This document shows positions 51,587-63,582 of a DNA stretch of 64,000 nucleotides, piece by piece. This DNA comes from Octopus sinensis (Eukaryota). The notes under the pieces were generated by a model. The model was not told the DNA's origin. It saw only the letters and a list, made by a program, of their open reading frames with translations, and searched no databases. Location of the stretch: positions 20,844,464 through 20,908,463 of the forward strand of contig NC_043011.1 of NCBI RefSeq assembly GCF_006345805.1, given 5' to 3'. Each line of letters starts with the position of its first letter. The first letter of the stretch is position 1. The position numbers were made by a program, and so were the translations under genes.

Positions 51587-51727
51587 CTCTGGTATTTCAC
51601 TGCTATCTTGTATCACGTGCTTCTTCTTCTCTTTATTACATTCCTGAAGGGCATGTGACCCGGCAGGCACAGTAGTCTGGGCACAGCCGCAAGGGCACCT
51701 GTCTTCAGTTCTTCTCCTCAACTGCAT
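51587..51727 (-). CDS. CTDSPL2: CTDSPL2 coding exon 1 (MQLRRRTEDRCPCGC...SSEIPE)
   Basis: Acceptor tttcatag ends at 51759, then 31 nt of 5'UTR, ATG at 51727; donor GAG|gtaagt, phase 0. Confidence 0.8.
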
Positions 51728-51888
51728 TGTCAAGCATTCTTTAAGGTTGACAAATGATCTATGAAAGGAAACAAAAAAAAAATTGGTTGCATTAACAAGC
51801 TGTAGGCGCACAAATACACACTTTAGTATGTATAATCCAATTGCTATTTATGTCAGTCCTATATTACTATTGTGTCAGTTGTGTGACA

Positions 51889-52734
51889 TTTAACTCTTAG
51901 CCATTCAGATTGGTCTGTCAAATGTAATGCATATTTATTCACGTTCATCATCATCATCATCATCATCGCTTAACGTCCGTTTTCCATGCTAGCATGGGTT
52001 GGACGGTTCGATCGGGGATCTGGGAAGCCAGGAGGCTGCGCCAGGCTCCAGTCTGATCTGGCAGTGTTTCTATAGCTGGATGCTCTTCCTAATGCCAACC
52101 ACTCCGTGAGTGTAGTGGGTGCTTTTTCATGCCACCAGCACAGGGGCCAGAGGAGGCTGGCAAACGGCCACGATCGGTTGGTGCTTTTTACATGTCACCA
52201 ATGCTGACGCCAGCCAGGTGGCGACGGCATCAGCCACATTCGAATTGTGCTTTTTAGAGGCCACCGACACGGGTATCATAACTACAATTTCCATTTGATT
52301 TTTATTTCGATGTTGGTGTTGACATACTTGACTCAGTAGGTCTCCTCAAGCACAGCGGATCACTCTACGATCCAAGGTTAGCACAGCAGGCCATCCTGTG
52401 AACCATGAACTCACTTCATTTGTCGGGTCTTCACAGTCACAGCATATCACAGAGGTCTCGGTCTTTCGTCATTTCCTCTGTGAGACCCAATGTGCCACCG
52501 GCACAGGTATCACAACTACAATATCCATTTGGTTTTTTATTTTGATGTTGATGTACTTGACTCGTTTTGAATTAATCAAGTATTATGTTGTAGCTTTGAG
52601 ATTTCAATGACATAATTGCTAATTTTTTGAATGACATTGAAGGGAAGGTGTGAGAGGTCAGATATGGTTGGTTTGAACATAAAACAGGTAGAATATTTGG
52701 GCCCAGATATGGCTGCTTTAAATGTTAAAGGGTT
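51889..52734. mobile_element. piggyBac-like MITE A containing an RTE family 2 3' end (51944-52563, - strand)
   Basis: MITE halves flank a (CAT)n-tailed insert that has an internal duplication. Confidence 0.7.
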
Positions 52735-52817
52735 AGAAATTGAGAGATAGAAGACCAGGCTTTAAGTCTGTGGGGAAATTTGAGCTCAACACTGAAATGC
52801 TAAAGAAATATTGATAT

Positions 52818-53390
52818 AGGCTTAGGAGTGGCTGTGTGGTAAGTAGCTTGCTTACAAACCACATGGTTCTAGGTTCATTCTCACTGCGTGGCATCTTGGG
52901 CAAATGTCTTCTACTATAGCCTCGTGCCGACCAAAGCCTTGTGAGTGGATTTGGTAGACAGAAACTGAAAGAAGCCCGTCGTATATATGTGTGTATATAT
53001 ATATATGTGTGTGTCTGTGTTTGTCCCCCTAACATTGCTTGGCAACCGATGCTGGTGTGTTTACGTCCCCGTAACTTAGCGGTTCGGCAAAAGAGACCAA
53101 TAGAATAAGTACTATGCTTACATAGAATAAGTCCTGATGTCGATTTGCTCGACTAAAGGTGGTGCTCCAGCATGGCCACAGTCACGTGACTGAAACAAGT
53201 AAAAGAGTATATATAATGTGTGTGTGTATGTATGTTTGTGTCTCTGTGTTTGACAAACAATGCTGGTGTGTTTACGTCCCCGTAGCTTAGTGGTTCGGCA
53301 AAAGATATCAATAGAATAAGTACTAGGCTTACAAAGAATAAGTTCTGGCGTTTATTTGCTCAAGAAGTAAAAGAGTAAAAGAGTAATTAT
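52818..53390 (+). mobile_element. SINE A plus partial 3' duplicate
   Basis: As 41205-41600. Confidence 0.85.
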
Positions 53391-53762
53391 TACAGCAAGT
53401 GCTGAAATGAATCTTGCTAAGATACAACATGTACAAATAGATAGACCAAGTCCAGTAAATGATAAATGTCAATGCTATACCAAAAAAACAGAAGGCAAAC
53501 ACCTGGTTCATGAGTCAATGACACAACTTTACAACTCCTAACTTTAAGTGCATAAAAAATACAAATGCAAAGCTATTTCAGAATGAACTTCTTAACAATT
53601 CATAACTCTAGAGAAATCTATCAATATATATTATATATGCATTAGAAAGGTTGTGTTAGGCATCAAATAAATACAGCAGAAAACCTCAATCTAGCTGGTC
53701 TTTTCAACAATTCCATAAATAACACATCAAAAGATCAAAAGACAAACAAACAGATTATATAT

Positions 53763-53967
53763 CTTACTCTTTTACTTGTTTCAGTCATTTGACTGCGGCC
53801 ATGCTGGAGCACCGCCTTTAGTTGAGCAAATCGACCCCGAGACTTATTCTTTGTAAGCCCAGTACTTATTCTATCGGTCTCTTTTGCCGAACCGCTAAGT
53901 GACGGGAATGTAAACACACCAGCATGGGTTGTCAAGCAATGCTAGGGGGACAAACACAGACACACAA

Positions 53968-54016
<49 letters not shown>

Positions 54017-54191
54017 CATACATGTATACGACAGGCTTCTTTCAGTTTCCGTCTACCAAATCCACTCACAAGGCATTGGTCGGCCCGGGGCTATAGCAGA
54101 AGACACTTGCCCAAGATGCCACGCAGTGGGACTGAACCAGGAACCATGTGGTTGGTAAGCAAGCTACTTACCACACAGCCACTCCTGCACC
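53763..54191 (-). mobile_element. SINE A, full length
   Basis: As above; inverted relative to the copy at 52818. Confidence 0.88.
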
Positions 54192-55181
54192 TATCTTGTT
54201 GAGTTTTTTTATTTCCTACAAGGGGACAACACAGAAATGGGATTATATATCTTGTATGTAGAAAACATCTCATTTACCAAAACAAAAACTTTAAAATAAA
54301 AAACATTTATAAATTATGAAATATAAAAAAAAATGGTACATTTTGATGTTTTTTTTTTTTGAAAGCATATATCTTTGTGTAATTCATGGAGTTCAAACCC
54401 TACAAAAGTCAACTTCACCCTTCATCTGTTAGGGGAGGTAGGGGTTATACAACAATGTACCAATCAAGTACTGGTACAGAGAGAGCCAATAATAATTCTT
54501 ACAAAATATTCAAGATGTGAATGGAATTATAACAGACAAGTTGTGGGTGACCATGCTGTGTACACTATTGAAATGAGCATGGCAGAGCACATTTCTTACC
54601 TATCATCACCCACCGTACAGTACTAAAATCTGCATTATAAAGTAATTAAACACCTGTCAACAAGCACCTGTTGTTTTCAACAGTGAGCTATAAATACCAA
54701 ATTTACTCATGTATAAGTCATATACCTAATTTAGTGTTAAACCATGGCAAATAAATTCTTCCCTTCATGGTTTTAGCTTTGTCCTATATATAAGTTACAC
54801 ACCAGCTTTTAAAGTTAAAATCAAATATAAAAGTGTGACTTATAAAGGAATAATACGGTATATATTTTCAGCCAGGTGAATTGATGTCTTCCAGAGTTAT
54901 GTACCTTACATAACTTGCCATAATGCTGTATCACTGACAATGATAGAATTCAGAAAGACAGTCGCGGATTTGATCAACTAGAACAACAACTCACTCACAC
55001 CGATACATACAATTATGTATATGCACACAGATATACATTTACACAGACCTTTACAAAATGCTTATGGCTGATCATTAGATTCAATGATGACTATCATCTT
55101 TTGATTGTAGATTCTTTCATGACTGGGTAATCGGTGAAAACAGATATCTATTTGCCACTCTTGTGGGGCTTTTTTTTAGCA

Positions 55182-55217
<36 letters not shown>

Positions 55218-55795
55218 TACATACATTACACATATATATATATACATACATACAATGTGTTATCTTTTAGTCAGGAGACAAGGACAGTGTCCAAGATGCT
55301 TTACACGGTCCCTAAAAATGGTAAGGAGGTAAAAACAAAGTCTCCTCAAACCAATGAGACCTAATTTGAATGCTAAAGTCCATCCCTAAAGTCCAACTCC
55401 TCCTCAAAGTGGTAGGGTGGTGTAAATGGGCAGTGTCAGAGCTATGCCGTTGAGAACTTCGGTTCCTGGTAGGGTCACCCAAGGCGGATTGGTCAGGCAC
55501 CAAGCAGTATTAGGACCGCAGGCAGCCTGGCCAACGGGGCTCTGGTGAAAATTCCAAGAGGCATCTGATCGGCAACGGCGGCTTCGAGGTCGTTCTGTCC
55601 CTGCGTCTGTGGAGACTCCGCAGCAAACAGGGCGTCCCGTCACTTGGGATATGCATGCAGGATGTCGAGGACCGCTTGTGAATTCAATATTCCCACAAAA
55701 CTTCTTCTATGAATCCTATGAATCTATCCTATTACTACAAATGCTTGTAACAGAATGAACTCCCCTACAGACACATAAAACCAGGTGACAATCAT

Positions 55796-56216
55796 AACCC
55801 TTTAGCATTCAGATTATTCTATCAAATGTAATACTTATTTCCTCTCATTGTTTTGAATTATTTGGTAACTTCAAAATTTTGATGATGTAATTGTTATTTT
55901 TAGAATGACATTGTAGTGTAGGTGTGAGAGGCTGGATCTGGCTGGTTTAAATGTACAGCAGAGTACTGAAAAGTTCTTGGCTTTGGGTAATAGAAAAAAC
56001 AGGAGGATCAGTTAATTATGATTTATTCAACATATTCCCCTCTCAGGTTCACACATTTATTGCAGTGGTCCTTCAGTTTTTCTGAGCCCTGTAAAAGAAC
56101 TTGGAAGGTTTGGCCTCAAACCAGGCTTTTGTGAAACCCCTAAAGCCAGGAACTTTTTAGCACCCCCTCATAAAACAGGTGGGCCAGATATGATCAGTTT
56201 AATTTCTAAACGGTTA
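55796..56216. mobile_element. piggyBac-like MITE A with nested mariner MITE (about 55956-56170)
   Basis: Inner TIR gtactgaaaagttcttggcttt / aaagccaggaactttttagcac. Confidence 0.75.
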
Positions 56217-57001
56217 AACCGAGTGATGGACTACATTTATAATCCATACAAACACACACACATATACTATCTTTTATCCTTTACTGGTTTCAGTCATTGA
56301 ACTGTGATCATGGTGGGACACCATTTTAAAGGGTTTATTTGAACAAATCGACCCCAGTAGTTATTTTTTTAAAGTCTAATGCTTATTCTATTAGTTTCTT
56401 TTGCCAAACTGCTCTACTATAGGGACATATACAAACTAGCTCCAGCTGTCAAGTGGTGGCAGGGGACAAATACACAAACACACACATACATGATAAGTTT
56501 CTACAGTTTTTGTCTAACAAATGTGAGGGCACATGGCTAAGTGGTTCCAATATTCAGCTCAAGATTTCAAAGGGGTCTTGAGTTCAATACCTGGCAACAC
56601 ATAGTATCCTTCAGCAAGTCACTTTATTTCATGAAGCTCCAGTTCACTCAACTGGCAAAAAAAAAAAGAGTTGTACTTGTATTTCAAAGGGTCGACCTTA
56701 TCACATACTATGTCACACTGAATCCCACTGAGTACTATATTGAGGTATGCATGTTTATGGAGTACTCAGCCACTTGCATGTTAATTTCATGTGCAGGCTG
56801 TTCCATTGATCAGATCGACTGGAACCCACGTCTTCATAACCAACAGAGTGCCAGTTCCGTCAACCAAATTCACTCACAAGGCATTGTCCAACCCAGAGCT
56901 AAAGCAGAAGATACTAGCTCAAAGTGTCATACAGTGGAACTGAACCCAAAGCCACATGACTGCAAAAAAAGCTTCTCAAACCACAAAGCTGTTTCCTTTC
57001 C

Positions 57002-57564
57002 TTAATCCTTTCGTTACCAACCCGGCTGAAACTGGCTCTGGCTCTGAGTACAAATGTTTTGAACTAAAAGTTTTGAACTAAATCTCCCACCAAACCTTAG
57101 TCACAATTTATGTTCCTAACACTAGCTGAATGATAACTAAGTTATTTTACTAATTTCTTTGTTGTATTTAAAATTAATTGAAAGAAACTCAGAGCATCAT
57201 CATCATCATCGTTTAACATCCGCTTTCCATGGGTTGGACGAATGACTGAGGGCTGGCGAACCAGAAGGCTGCACCAGGCTTCAATCTTGATCTGACAGAG
57301 TTTCTACAGCTGGATGCCCTTCCTAACGCCAACCACTCCAAGAGTGTAAGCGGGTGCTTTTACGTGCCACCGGCACGGGGCCAATCAGGCGGTACTGGCA
57401 ACGACCTCACTCGAATCTTTTTACACATGCCACCGGCACAGGTGCCAGTAAGGCGATGCTGGTAACGATCACACTTAAATGGTGTCTTTTACGTGCCACC
57501 GGCACGGAGGCCAGAATAGCCGCTCTGGCAACGCTCAAAATAAACACAGTAACGAAAGGGTTAA
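57002..57564. mobile_element. piggyBac-like MITE B containing an RTE family 2 3' end (about 57195-57535)
   Basis: ttaatcctttcgttac ... gtaacgaaagggttaa. Confidence 0.78.
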
Positions 57565-57951
57565 ATGTTAATCTTATTTCTTAACATCTACATACAACAG
57601 TATGACATTACAAATCGATGTACGGTTATTTGCAGTCTGCTTTTGGTACATGCAAACATGAGCACATGCATAAGTTATATGCACAAGTGTATCTGAAATG
57701 AATATATGCACGTGCATATTACATGTGCATAAGCATACACTTACATACTCACATAGAAAAAAAAATGAAAAAAAAAAAAGAGAACTGGGCAATGTTCAAA
57801 ATCCTCTTAGTTATTAAACACTTCAGTTATTCTTTAACACCCTGTCTTTTGTTTATGCATTCATGTTATACACACACACCATTCTATATTATAGTCATGT
57901 ACATATACATACAGTCTTGTAGATACACACAAACACATCCTATATATTAAT

Positions 57952-58006
<55 letters not shown>

Positions 58007-58143
58007 ACCTATATTTTCTATAATTATACATATACACAATTTATATTTTCTATATACATTCATATAAACATACACATGTAGATACAAAAATATCCTATAT
58101 GTTGTCATACACACACACACAGATATATATAATATATATACAT

Positions 58144-58174
<31 letters not shown>

Positions 58175-58312
58175 GGAGAGAGAGAGAGAGAGAGAGACAG
58201 GCAGACAGACAGACAGACAGATACATACATATACACGCATACACAATCTGTTTTCTATATACATTCATATAAACACAAGCATGTAGACAGACACAAACAC
58301 ATCCTGTATGAT

Positions 58313-58348
<36 letters not shown>

Positions 58349-59762
58349 ATAGCTCCCCACAAATCCCTCAGCTACTACACACCTTCCCCTTCCTGCTCCT
58401 TCTCCTCCTGTTTCATTGTGCTCTCAATGGCTTCACCTTCAACAGTCACCTAGGTAACGGAACTAATTTATTTTTACTCCTGTATTGTTATAAGGTTGCA
58501 GTTATAAGGTCCAGAAAGTTACAATGTAATTGAGAATACTAGCGATAGAATTCACCATTTTTTTTTTCTTTACAGATTCACATCCATTTCATTTCTTTTA
58601 TATCTCTCTCTTTTTTTGGGGGGGGGGGGTTGGTTTTGTTCCACACTAGTACAGTTTATAATCTTTTATCTGAAATTCCAAAATTCCAAAATAAAAACAA
58701 CTTGAAAATCTGAAATTTTGTTTAAGTAAGAACAGCATCACAAAAAAAAAAAAAAAAATTCCTGAAAACACTTGGACAGGTTTTAGAAAAGGTGGGATGT
58801 TTTAGATGGGCATTAATCAAAATTGTAAATTACATCTATTACTTGTTTCAGTCAATGGACCACAGCCATGCTGGAGCACTGCTCTGAAGTGTTTAGTCAA
58901 ACAAACCACCCTCAATACATCTTTTTTTGAAGTCTGGTGCTTAATTCTATCAGTCTTTTATGCAGAACTGTTAAAGTTGCAGGAGGCGTGGCTGTGTGGT
59001 AAGAAGGTTGCTTCACAGCTACATGGTTCCAGGATCAATCCCACTGCCTGGCACCTTGAGCAAGTATTTACCACTACAGCCTCAGACAGACCAAAGCCTT
59101 GTGAATGGATTTGGTAGATGGAAGCTGGAAGAAGCTCATCGTATATATATATATATCCTTGATATCTGCAGAATGAATAGCAAAATAAGTCCAACATCAC
59201 CACACACACACCTCCATCCCCATATAACTACCATTCCTTCCTCTCTTTCCATCACCTTTTCCTCCTCCCCACCAAATACTCACAGAAATACCCACATGAT
59301 TCAATCAACCTTCACACTGGCCAAAAAGAGATAAACATCCCTCTGTTAAACATCCATTAATATTATATCGTCTGAAGAAATGAATCCATGAAGATGGTCA
59401 ACCTGATGCCCATGGATGCTACATACTACATTGTAATCATCCCAGGAATATGGACTGTGATCTTCAGAGTCATGTGATTTGTGGAGAAGCATGTAACAAT
59501 GTGATAAATGTTTATAAATGTTTGTCCATCCCGTGCTAGCATGGAAAAGGGACATTAAACAATGATGATGATGAGGATGATTATACTGGTACAGTTGATG
59601 CAACCCCAAAAAACTGGTTCACCAGTCAGCATCATTAGACTGTGGCTGGCATAATGGAATTCGAGCTTTATTTGCATATTCAAAACATTTTCCATAAACA
59701 AGTTTAAAAGATATATGTATATATCTATGTCTTTGTTTCTGTGTTTGTCCCCCACCACCTCT

Positions 59763-60155
59763 TATTTCTTTACTGCCCACAAAGGGCTATGCACAGAGGG
59801 GACAAACAAGGACAGACAAATGGATTATATCGACCCCAGTGCGTAACTGGTACTTATTTAATCGACCTCAAAAAGATGAAAAGCAAAGTTGATCTCGGCA
59901 GAATTTGAACTCAGAACGTATAGCGGCAAACGAAATACCTATTTCTTTACTACCCACAAGGGGCTAAACACAGAGAGGACAGACAAATGGATTAAGTCGA
60001 TTATATTGACCCCAGTGCGTAACTGGTACTTATTTAATCGACTCCGAAAGGATGAAAAGCAAAGTTGACCTCGGCGGAATTTGAACTCAGAACGTAGCGG
60101 CAGATGAAATGCCGCTAGGCATTTCGCCCGGTGTGCTAACATTTCTGCCAGCTCA
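59763..60155 (-). mobile_element. Dimeric SINE D
   Basis: Junction gaaatacc|tatttc at 59939/59940. Confidence 0.85.
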
Positions 60156-60970
60156 CCCCCCCCCCACCTTTTGACAACCAGTGTTGGTGTTTACATCCCT
60201 GTAACTTGGCAGTTTAGCAAAAGAGATACTAAGTTTTCCAACAAATACATCCTGGGGTCGGTTTGTTTGACTAAAATCCTTCAAGGTGGTGCCCCAGCAT
60301 GGCCACTATCAAATGACCAAAACAAGTAAAAAAAATAAAAGAAATACAAGTTGTCAAGCAGTAAAGGGGACAAACACAAACACAAAGATAACACACACAC
60401 ACACACACACACACAACTGGCTTCCACACAAATTTTGTCAACCAAATTCACTTACAAAGCATTGGTTGGCCTAAGGCTTTGAGTAGAAGACACTTGCCAA
60501 AGGTGCTGTGCAATGAGACCAAACCAAAACCACATGGTTGTACAATGAGCTTCTAAACCATTTGGCCATGCTTGCACTGATAATAAGTGTATTTATTTCA
60601 ATAAAAAGCAAAATGTTCCCAAAGTAAAACCATTACATGTGGTGGACTGACTAGCACAAAGATTTTATAAAACTGACTTTATGGTACATGTAAAAGTTCT
60701 GTTACGAAATGTACATGGATAACATGCCTAGATAGTGATCCCACATGTCGCTTGTGGTTAAGAAGTTTGCTTCCCAACCACATGGTTTCAAGTTCAGCAC
60801 CACTGCATGGCACCTTGGGCAAGTGTCTTCCACTATAACCAAGTAAAGCCTTGTGAGTAGATCTGCTATATAGAAAATGAAAGAAACATATCATATTCAA
60901 AGTGGTGCACCAGCATGGCCTCAGCCTCTGGCTGAAACCCATGAAAGAAATAAGAGAAATATATACACAT

Positions 60971-61377
60971 AGGCGTAGGAGTGGCTGTGTGGTAAGTAGC
61001 TTGATCACCAACCACATGGTCCCAGGTTCAGTCCCACTGCATGGCACCTTGGGCAAGTGTCTTCTACTATAGCCTCAGGCCGACCAAAGCCTTGTGAGTA
61101 CATTTGGTAGAGGGAAACTGAAAGAAACCCGTCGTATATATGTATATATATGTGTGTGCGTGTGTGTGTGTATGTTTGTGTTTGTCCCCTCAACATCGCT
61201 TGACAACCGATGCTGGTGTGTTTATGACCCAGTAACATAGCGGTTTAGCAAAAGAACCAATAGAATACATACTAGGCTTATGAAGACTAAGTCCTAGGAT
61301 CAATTAGCTTGACTAAAGGCGGTGCTCCAGCATAGCCACAGTCAAAATGACTGAAACAAGTAAAAGAGTAAAAGAGT
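60971..61377 (+). mobile_element. SINE A, full length
   Basis: As above. Confidence 0.85.
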
Positions 61378-62270
61378 ATGTGTGTGTGAGCGCTCTGAAG
61401 GAGATTTGGCTGTTATTTCTAGCAGATCAAATGGCCACTGAAATTAATATGTTTCAAATTTTGTCATGTGTCCTTAATTCTCTATTATTGCTGTGAAATC
61501 TATCCAGTTGTTTTAAAGGTGTTTAACAATCAGAATAAGAAGTATACCGTGGTTAAAATATTAAGCTTAATACATGTAAAAGTAATCTCCAGGTTCACTG
61601 CAACATAAATTGTTGCTGGTACTAAAAATATTCTACTCTGAATATTCTATGGCAGCAAATTAGTAGTCATTTCACTTAGAATATCAAACAAAATGTCCTG
61701 CCGAACATATTACAGTTCCTGGTATTCTAAGTTCAAAACACATCTCAGTCAACTTTGCCTATTACTCTTCTGGGACCAATAAGGAAGTACCAATTTAGGG
61801 CAGCTGAGAGATGGAATCAGTAGTGTTATATGGAATGTTCAGTGGTATTTGTTCCAGCTCCAAGCCTTCTGTGTTCAAATCCTACAAGGCCAGCTTCTAT
61901 AACAGACATAATCTTTTGCCCAGCTAAACAATGACACCTGGTCCTTAAGTGCCTTTAGAAAGTCCCACTCTGTGGTTTAAGGATATTTTACCCCTTCTCT
62001 TCCATCTATCTTTTATCTTTTACTTGCTTCAGTCATTGGTCTGTGGCCGTGCTGGAGCACAGTATTTGAAGGGTTTCAGTTAAACAGATCAACCCCCAGC
62101 ACCCATATTTAAGTCTGGTACTTATTTTATTGGTCTCTTTTGCCAAACCACTAAGTCACAGGGACGTAAACAAACTAACACTAGTGTGTCAAGCAATGCG
62201 GAGGGACAAACACAAAGGCACACGGACACCCTTGAAACAGACCTTAAAATTGATGTCAATGATGAAGAGG

Positions 62271-62340
62271 CCGATGATGATGATGATGATGAGGAGGAGG
62301 AGGAGGAGGAGGACGACGACGACGACAACGACAACTACAA
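62271..62340. repeat. Compound (GAT)(GAG)(GAC)(AAC) triplet tract
   Basis: Seen directly. Confidence 0.9.
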
Positions 62341-62740
62341 AAAAAAAACCAATTCTAATTGAGGTGTGAATGAAAGATAGCTACTGGAACAACAGGCTGG
62401 GATTCCAGTAAAGAGTTATCAGCATAATCGACAAGAAAAGGGTTTTGTTAAGCAGCTTTTCTCATCATTCTTTGTCAAAATCTTTCATCAAGTCTATTGT
62501 AATAGCCTAGCAACCTTAGTCTTAGTCTGATGTGGTTCTTTAAGTTTAGGGACAATTTATGTTAGACCATTAATCAACAGCAATGGCAACACCAACAGCA
62601 GCAGCAATAGTAGCAGTGTGCACATGTGAGAGCTTTTACACAATTGCTTGAGCAGCTAGAAATAGCAGCCAAATCTCCCTTAAATCATACACTATCATCA
62701 TTATTATCATCATCAGCATCATTTTAATGTCCACTTTTCC

Positions 62741-63577
62741 ATTTTTGCATGGATCAAACAAAATTCAGTGAAGCAGATTTTCTACAGACAGCTGCCCTTC
62801 CCATTGCTGAACCTCACCTGTTTTCAAGGAAGGTAATATTTTCCCCTGTGGTTAGAAATATTTTCACAGATTATTGGAAATAGATGACATTTATTGACAT
62901 CACTGACCTAGATACACTATTTGGGAAAGAAAAATAGGTTAGAGCTGGCTGGGAAGCTTTTTTTCCAAACAGGAGACACTCAGGTAAATTCTGCTCTGTT
63001 GAACAAGGCTTACCTGGGGCTAATCAATAACAACAACAACAACAACAAAACAGCAGCAAAGATAGCAGCGTCAGCCACAGTAGCAGCATCGATAGCAATC
63101 CTGACAAACTAGAAAGGTTCAATTTTGCTTAATTGTATCGCAGTAATTAGTAACACGCCAACCCTAAGATCTCATTTCTTCTCCAAGAATTTCATGTGAT
63201 TGAATAAATAGAAACCGTTCAAATCGTATGAATCCTGGTTTTAATTACTTCCTTCTGAACCTCATTAACAGGTGATCTTTGTAATCATGTCAAAGTGTGT
63301 GTGTGTGTGAGCATATGCATACAAGTTAACATTCATGTATGTAAACATGGAATTCATTTGTGAACCTATGTATTTATGTGTGAATATATATATACATACG
63401 CACATGTACAAATATATACGTCAATGAATGTCATCTATTTCCAATAATCTGTGAAAATATTTCTAACCATAGGGGAAAATATTACCTTCCTTGAAAACAG
63501 GTGAGGTTCGGCAATAGGAAAGGCAGCTGTCTGTAGGAAATCTGTTTCACTGAATTTTGTTTGATCCATGCAAAAAT
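62741..63577. repeat. 158-bp inverted repeat pair (62741-62898 / 63420-63577)
   Basis: Manual alignment gives 7 mismatches, all transitions. Confidence 0.9.
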
Positions 63578-63582
63578 AGAAT

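Larger units (their letters stand above)
14948..51727 (-). other. CTDSPL2: Coding span of CTD small phosphatase-like protein 2 (SCP4) ortholog; 11 coding exons, 450 aa
   Basis: Exon lengths 141+130+129+75+250+112+87+143+127+96+63=1353 nt. All introns GT-AG and phases compatible. The C-terminal FCP/SCP HAD domain ([28 protein letters not shown]...NEDVRPHIR) and N-terminal motifs (MxLR, NLITSSP, SPARTTFHGTMFSP) match CTDSPL2 as I recall it. Confidence 0.95.

Noticed and set aside
62122-62369. Poly-Ser or poly-M/R/T ORFs
   Set aside because: Triplet microsatellite appended to a SINE remnant.
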